Below are positions 60,335-64,000 of a stretch of 64,000 nucleotides of DNA, piece after piece. A program made the translations under genes and the position numbers. The first letter of the stretch is position 1; the number at the start of each line of letters is the position of its first letter. The stretch is from an uncultured Omnitrophica bacterium (lineage in GTDB: Bacteria > Omnitrophota > Gorgyraeia > JACQQV01). The notes below the pieces were generated by a model. The model saw nothing but the letters and a program-made list of their open reading frames with translations, was not told where the DNA came from and made no database searches. The stretch is from the NCBI GenBank assembly GCA_947085655.1, contig CAMTXH010000019.1, forward strand, positions 3,827-67,826, written 5' to 3'.

Positions 60335-61423
60335 ATGGAGGTTATTGTGGCACACAAAGTTACGTTAATCCCCGGGGACGGGATCGGGCCTGAAATCGCG
60401 GAAGTTACCCGTCGCTGCATTGAAGCAACCGGGGCGGCGATCGAATGGGATGTTCAGGAAGCGGGGGAAGAGGTGATGCAGAAAACCGGAACCCCCCTTC
60501 CGGATCAGGTCATTGAGGCGATCAAAAAAAGCAAAGCAGCGATCAAAGCGCCCATTACGACCCCTGTCGGGACCGGGTTCCGGAGTGTCAATGTCGCTCT
60601 CCGGAAAGCGCTTGACCTTTACGCCTGTGTCCGCCCCTGCAAATCCTACGAAGGGATTCGAAGTCCGTACAAAAATATCGATCTGGTGGTGATCCGCGAG
60701 AACACCGAAGACCTTTATGCGGGGATCGAATTCCAAAAAGGAAAAGCAGAGACAAAAGAGCTGATTCAGTGGCTTTCCAAACATAACGGACAAGTCCGGG
60801 AAGATTCCGGGATCAGTATCAAACCGATTTCGGTGAGCGGGACCGAGCGAATCGTCAAATTCGCCTTTGAGTATGCGAAGCAAAACAAAAGGAAGAAAGT
60901 AACCGCCGTCCATAAGGCGAACATCATGAAGTTTTCGGACGGGCTCTTTCTGGAGGTGGCGCGGGAGGTCGCGAAAAAGTACCCGGAGATCGAATTCGAG
61001 GATCGGATCGTGGACAATATGACAATGCAACTCGTCCAGAAGCCCCAGCTCTATGACGTTTTGGTCCTTCCGAATCTTTACGGCGATATTCTCTCGGACC
61101 TTTGTGCGGGGCTTGTCGGAGGATTGGGGGTTGCCCCGGGGGCGAATATCGGGGAAAAGAACGCCCTGTTCGAAGCCACGCACGGAAGCGCCCCAAAGTA
61201 TAAGGGACTCAATAAAGCGAATCCGACCGCGCTCCTCCTTTCAGGCGTTTTGATGCTTCGATACCTCGGAGAAAAGGAGCGTGCCGACCGTCTTGAGCAG
61301 GCGATTGCAGATGTGATCCGGGAAGGAAAAGATGTCACGTATGACCTTAAGAAAGATCGGGATGACCCGACAGCGGTCGGAACGCGGGAGATGGGGGATG
61401 CCATTATCCGGAGACTGAAATGA
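60335..61423 (+). CDS. icd: Isocitrate dehydrogenase (IDH/IPMDH family)
   Basis: [58 protein letters not shown]; adjacent to mdh and sucC. Confidence 0.88.
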   Translation: MEVIVAHKVTLIPGDGIGPEIAEVTRRCIEATGAAIEWDVQEAGEEVMQKTGTPLPDQVIEAIKKSKAAIKAPITTPVGTGFRSVNVALRKALDLYACVRPCKSYEGIRSPYKNIDLVVIRENTEDLYAGIEFQKGKAETKELIQWLSKHNGQVREDSGISIKPISVSGTERIVKFAFEYAKQNKRKKVTAVHKANIMKFSDGLFLEVAREVAKKYPEIEFEDRIVDNMTMQLVQKPQLYDVLVLPNLYGDILSDLCAGLVGGLGVAPGANIGEKNALFEATHGSAPKYKGLNKANPTALLLSGVLMLRYLGEKERADRLEQAIADVIREGKDVTYDLKKDRDDPTAVGTREMGDAIIRRLK

Positions 61424-62373
61424 ACCGGCCGAAAGTGGGTGTGATTGGAGCAGGGCAAGTCGGAGCCACGGTCGCCCAGAGAATTGTGGAAATGGATCTG
61501 GCGGATGTGGTCTTGACCGACATCGTGGAGGGGTTGCCGCAGGGGAAGGCCCTTGACCTGATGGAGGCGGCTCCCTTGAAAGGACACGATGCCAAGATCA
61601 CCGGCACCAACGACTATGCCGACATCAAAGATTCGGATCTGGTGGTCGTGACCGCCGGCATCGCCCGGAAGCCCGGCATGGACCGGATGGACCTCTTGAA
61701 GACAAACGCCAAAATCATTCAGGAGGTTTCCGGGAAAATTGCCCAATACGCCCCGAAGGCGATCCTGATCATGGTAACGAATCCGTTGGATGTGATGACA
61801 ACCTTGGCGCATCAAGTGACACAATTTCCGAAAGAGCGGATTCTGGGGATGGCGGGTGTCCTTGACAGCGCCCGTTTACGCTATTTTGTCGCCGAAAAAC
61901 TCAACGTCAGCGTGAAAAAAATAGAGGCGATCGTCCTCGGAGGGCACGGAGACGAAATGATTCCCCTTCAGCGGTATGCCAAGGTGAACGGGAAGCTGCT
62001 CACCGAACTTTTAAAGGGGGAGGAGATCGAAGCGCTCGTTAAACGGACCCGCCACGGCGGCGCAGAAATTGTCGATCTCCTCAAAAAGGGAAGCGCCTAT
62101 TACGCCCCCGGAGCTTCCGTCGTCGAGATGGTCCGGATGATCCTCCGCGATGAAAAGGAAATCCTGCCTTGTTCCGCGCTCCTCGAAGGGGAGTACGGCA
62201 TTCAGGGAATTTTTTGCGGCGTCCCCTGCCGGTTGGGACGCAGCGGCATTCTTGAGATTGTTGAACTGAAGCTTACCGACGAGGAAAAGAAGGCCCTTTT
62301 GCGCTCCGCCGAAAACGTCCGGAAAGGCGTTCAGGAACTCTCTTCGGTTCTCTCTCCAACTATTCCTTCATGA
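61420..62373 (+). CDS. mdh: Malate dehydrogenase (LDH-like)
   Basis: [46 protein letters not shown]. Confidence 0.95.
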   Translation: MNRPKVGVIGAGQVGATVAQRIVEMDLADVVLTDIVEGLPQGKALDLMEAAPLKGHDAKITGTNDYADIKDSDLVVVTAGIARKPGMDRMDLLKTNAKIIQEVSGKIAQYAPKAILIMVTNPLDVMTTLAHQVTQFPKERILGMAGVLDSARLRYFVAEKLNVSVKKIEAIVLGGHGDEMIPLQRYAKVNGKLLTELLKGEEIEALVKRTRHGGAEIVDLLKKGSAYYAPGASVVEMVRMILRDEKEILPCSALLEGEYGIQGIFCGVPCRLGRSGILEIVELKLTDEEKKALLRSAENVRKGVQELSSVLSPTIPS

Positions 62374-63533
62374 AACTCCACGAATTTCAGGCGAAATCAA
62401 TCCTTGCCTCTTATGGTGTCCCGACGCCGAAAGGGGCGGTTGCGGCGGCCCCGAAAGAGACAGATCAGCTCTTTGAGCGATTCGGAAGGCAGCCCCTTGT
62501 GTTGAAAGCGCAGGTCTTAGCCGGCGGCCGGGGCAAGGGGGGAGGCGTCAAGGTGATTGATTCAAAGGAGTCGTTGACGTCGGCCGCCCAGGAGTTGATC
62601 GGAAAGCGGCTTGTGACGCCTCAAACCGGCCCGGACGGAGTGTTGGTCCGGCGGATTCTCGTCGAGCAGAAAACCGACATCAAACAGGAATTTTATCTCG
62701 GCATTGTCATCGATCGGACAATTTCGCTTCCCGTCATTTTGGTCAGTGCCGCCGGCGGCATGGACATCGAAGAAATCGCCAAAAAAGACCCTTCCGCCAT
62801 CTTCAAGGAAGCGGCCGAACCGGTCAAAGGTCCGGACCCGCTTCAGTCCGAAAGGATGGCGCGGCATCTCGGCCTTGCCCCCTCGTTGGACAACGCTTTT
62901 CACTCGATCCTTTCCACCTTATATAAGATCTTTTTCCAGAAGGACCTTTCCCTCCTTGAAATTAACCCCTTCGTCCTGACAAAAGACAATCAACTCTGCG
63001 CGCTGGACTGCAAGATGTCGGTGGATGACAATGCCCTCTACCGCCATCCGGAACTTGCCTCCTTGAGGGACCGGGACGAGGAAGACCCGAAAGAACTTCT
63101 GGCCCAGGAGGTCGGAATCAGTTACATCTCACTCGACGGAAATATCGGGTGTCTGGTAAACGGCGCGGGACTCGCCATGGCCACGATGGATGTCATCAAA
63201 CTTTACGGGGGGAACCCGGCCAATTTTCTGGATGTTGGAGGGGGGGCGAATGTGGATCAGGTCCGGGAGGCCTTCAAGATTTTACTTTCGGACAAAAAGA
63301 TCCGGGCGGTCCTCGTCAATATCTTCGGCGGCATCATGAAGTGCGATGTGATTGCTCACGGGATCCTTTCGGCGCTCAAGGAAGTCCGGCTGACCGTTCC
63401 TCTGGTGGTCCGGCTGGAAGGGACTAACGTGGAACTCGGCAAAAAGATTATTGCGGAATCGGGGTTGTCCATCATTTCTGCGGATACGATGGACGATGCA
63501 GCACAGAAGGTGGTCGCCGTTGCTCATTCATGA
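62370..63533 (+). CDS. sucC: Succinyl-CoA synthetase beta subunit
   Basis: [53 protein letters not shown]. Confidence 0.96.
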   Translation: MKLHEFQAKSILASYGVPTPKGAVAAAPKETDQLFERFGRQPLVLKAQVLAGGRGKGGGVKVIDSKESLTSAAQELIGKRLVTPQTGPDGVLVRRILVEQKTDIKQEFYLGIVIDRTISLPVILVSAAGGMDIEEIAKKDPSAIFKEAAEPVKGPDPLQSERMARHLGLAPSLDNAFHSILSTLYKIFFQKDLSLLEINPFVLTKDNQLCALDCKMSVDDNALYRHPELASLRDRDEEDPKELLAQEVGISYISLDGNIGCLVNGAGLAMATMDVIKLYGGNPANFLDVGGGANVDQVREAFKILLSDKKIRAVLVNIFGGIMKCDVIAHGILSALKEVRLTVPLVVRLEGTNVELGKKIIAESGLSIISADTMDDAAQKVVAVAHS

Positions 63534-63543
63534 CACCTTGACT

Positions 63544-64000
63544 ATGGAAAAACTTTCAATGCCCCAGCGCGCCGCATCTTCTTTCTTGAGGCGCTTTCCG
63601 GCGTTATGGCGGTATCCCCTCCTTTGGCTGGGGAAAGATTCTGTCACGCACCCCCCCTCTGTCATCCGCATCGAAAATACGAATTATTGTAACGCCTCAT
63701 GCGACTATTGCCCTCGGCGTTCGATGGGGAGGCCATCGGGATTCATGGACTTTGATTTGTTCCGGAAGATTATCAGGGACTGCGTGGTCTCCCGCGTCCC
63801 TCTTGTGGATATTCATGGCTATGGAGAACCTCTCCTCGATGGACGCCTTGCGGAGAGGATCCGTTACATTAAATCCCATTCTCCGTGCTGGGTTACGGTC
63901 ACCACCAACGGATCCCTGTTGACGGGGCCGAAGGGAGCTGAACTGATTTCCGCAGGACTGGATTACCTTGTTGTGAGTTTGGACCCGGGAAATACTGCGC
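63544..64000 (+). CDS. Radical SAM protein (runs off the window's right edge)
   Basis: Not in the ORF track. Translation from ATG 63544 gives IENTNYCNASCDYCP (CxxxCxxC), GYGEPLL, TTNGSLL, VSLD. Confidence 0.88.
   Translation, partial: MEKLSMPQRAASSFLRRFPALWRYPLLWLGKDSVTHPPSVIRIENTNYCNASCDYCPRRSMGRPSGFMDFDLFRKIIRDCVVSRVPLVDIHGYGEPLLDGRLAERIRYIKSHSPCWVTVTTNGSLLTGPKGAELISAGLDYLVVSLDPGNTA

Noticed and set aside
63530-64000. Absence of sucD after sucC (also recF, mnmE and rsmG near the origin) as gene loss
   Set aside because: They may lie outside the window; this cannot be judged here.

Overview
Chromosomal origin region of a bacterium. A PVC-superphylum/Ca. Omnitrophota-like affiliation is inferred from gene content and not checked. 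Positions 1-17.2 kb are minus-strand housekeeping genes: pheS-rplT-rpmI-infC-thrS, a sulfatase-like protein, 3 tRNAs, coaB/coaC, rpoZ, gmk, yicC, pckG, ndk, parB/parA, mnmG carrying a parS site, and yidC-yidD-rnpA-rpmH. Genes switch to the plus strand at oriC/dnaA-dnaN-dciA-gyrB (HNH-type intein)-gyrA, followed by a PyrR-attenuated pyr/car operon, more tRNAs, htpX and hscB. The standout is a ~17.3 kb cluster (42926-60255) of four signal-peptide-bearing proteins built on a shared plan: signal peptide, a conserved (H/Q)L(R/K)xP...(R/S)D(G/E)G leader, normally cytoplasmic enzyme domains separated by (R/K/Q/A)DGG linkers, and a shared C-terminal domain ending in D-x-x-YRE (three of the four). The cargo domains are a tandem FBP aldolase/phosphatase, a full GlmS, a cysteine-dioxygenase-like cupin, a D-2-hydroxyacid dehydrogenase, a glycerate kinase and a SAM methyltransferase. 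One member has no cargo. Another has a C39 peptidase followed by a double-glycine-leader-like site placed so that cleavage would expose the N-terminal Cys that GlmS needs. A c-di-GMP-I-class riboswitch with a terminator precedes the second pair. The window ends with icd-mdh-sucC and a partial radical SAM gene. Several MITE/REP-like palindromic elements are present, and three CDSs have stop codons inside tRNA genes. All calls come from motif recognition by eye; no searches were run.
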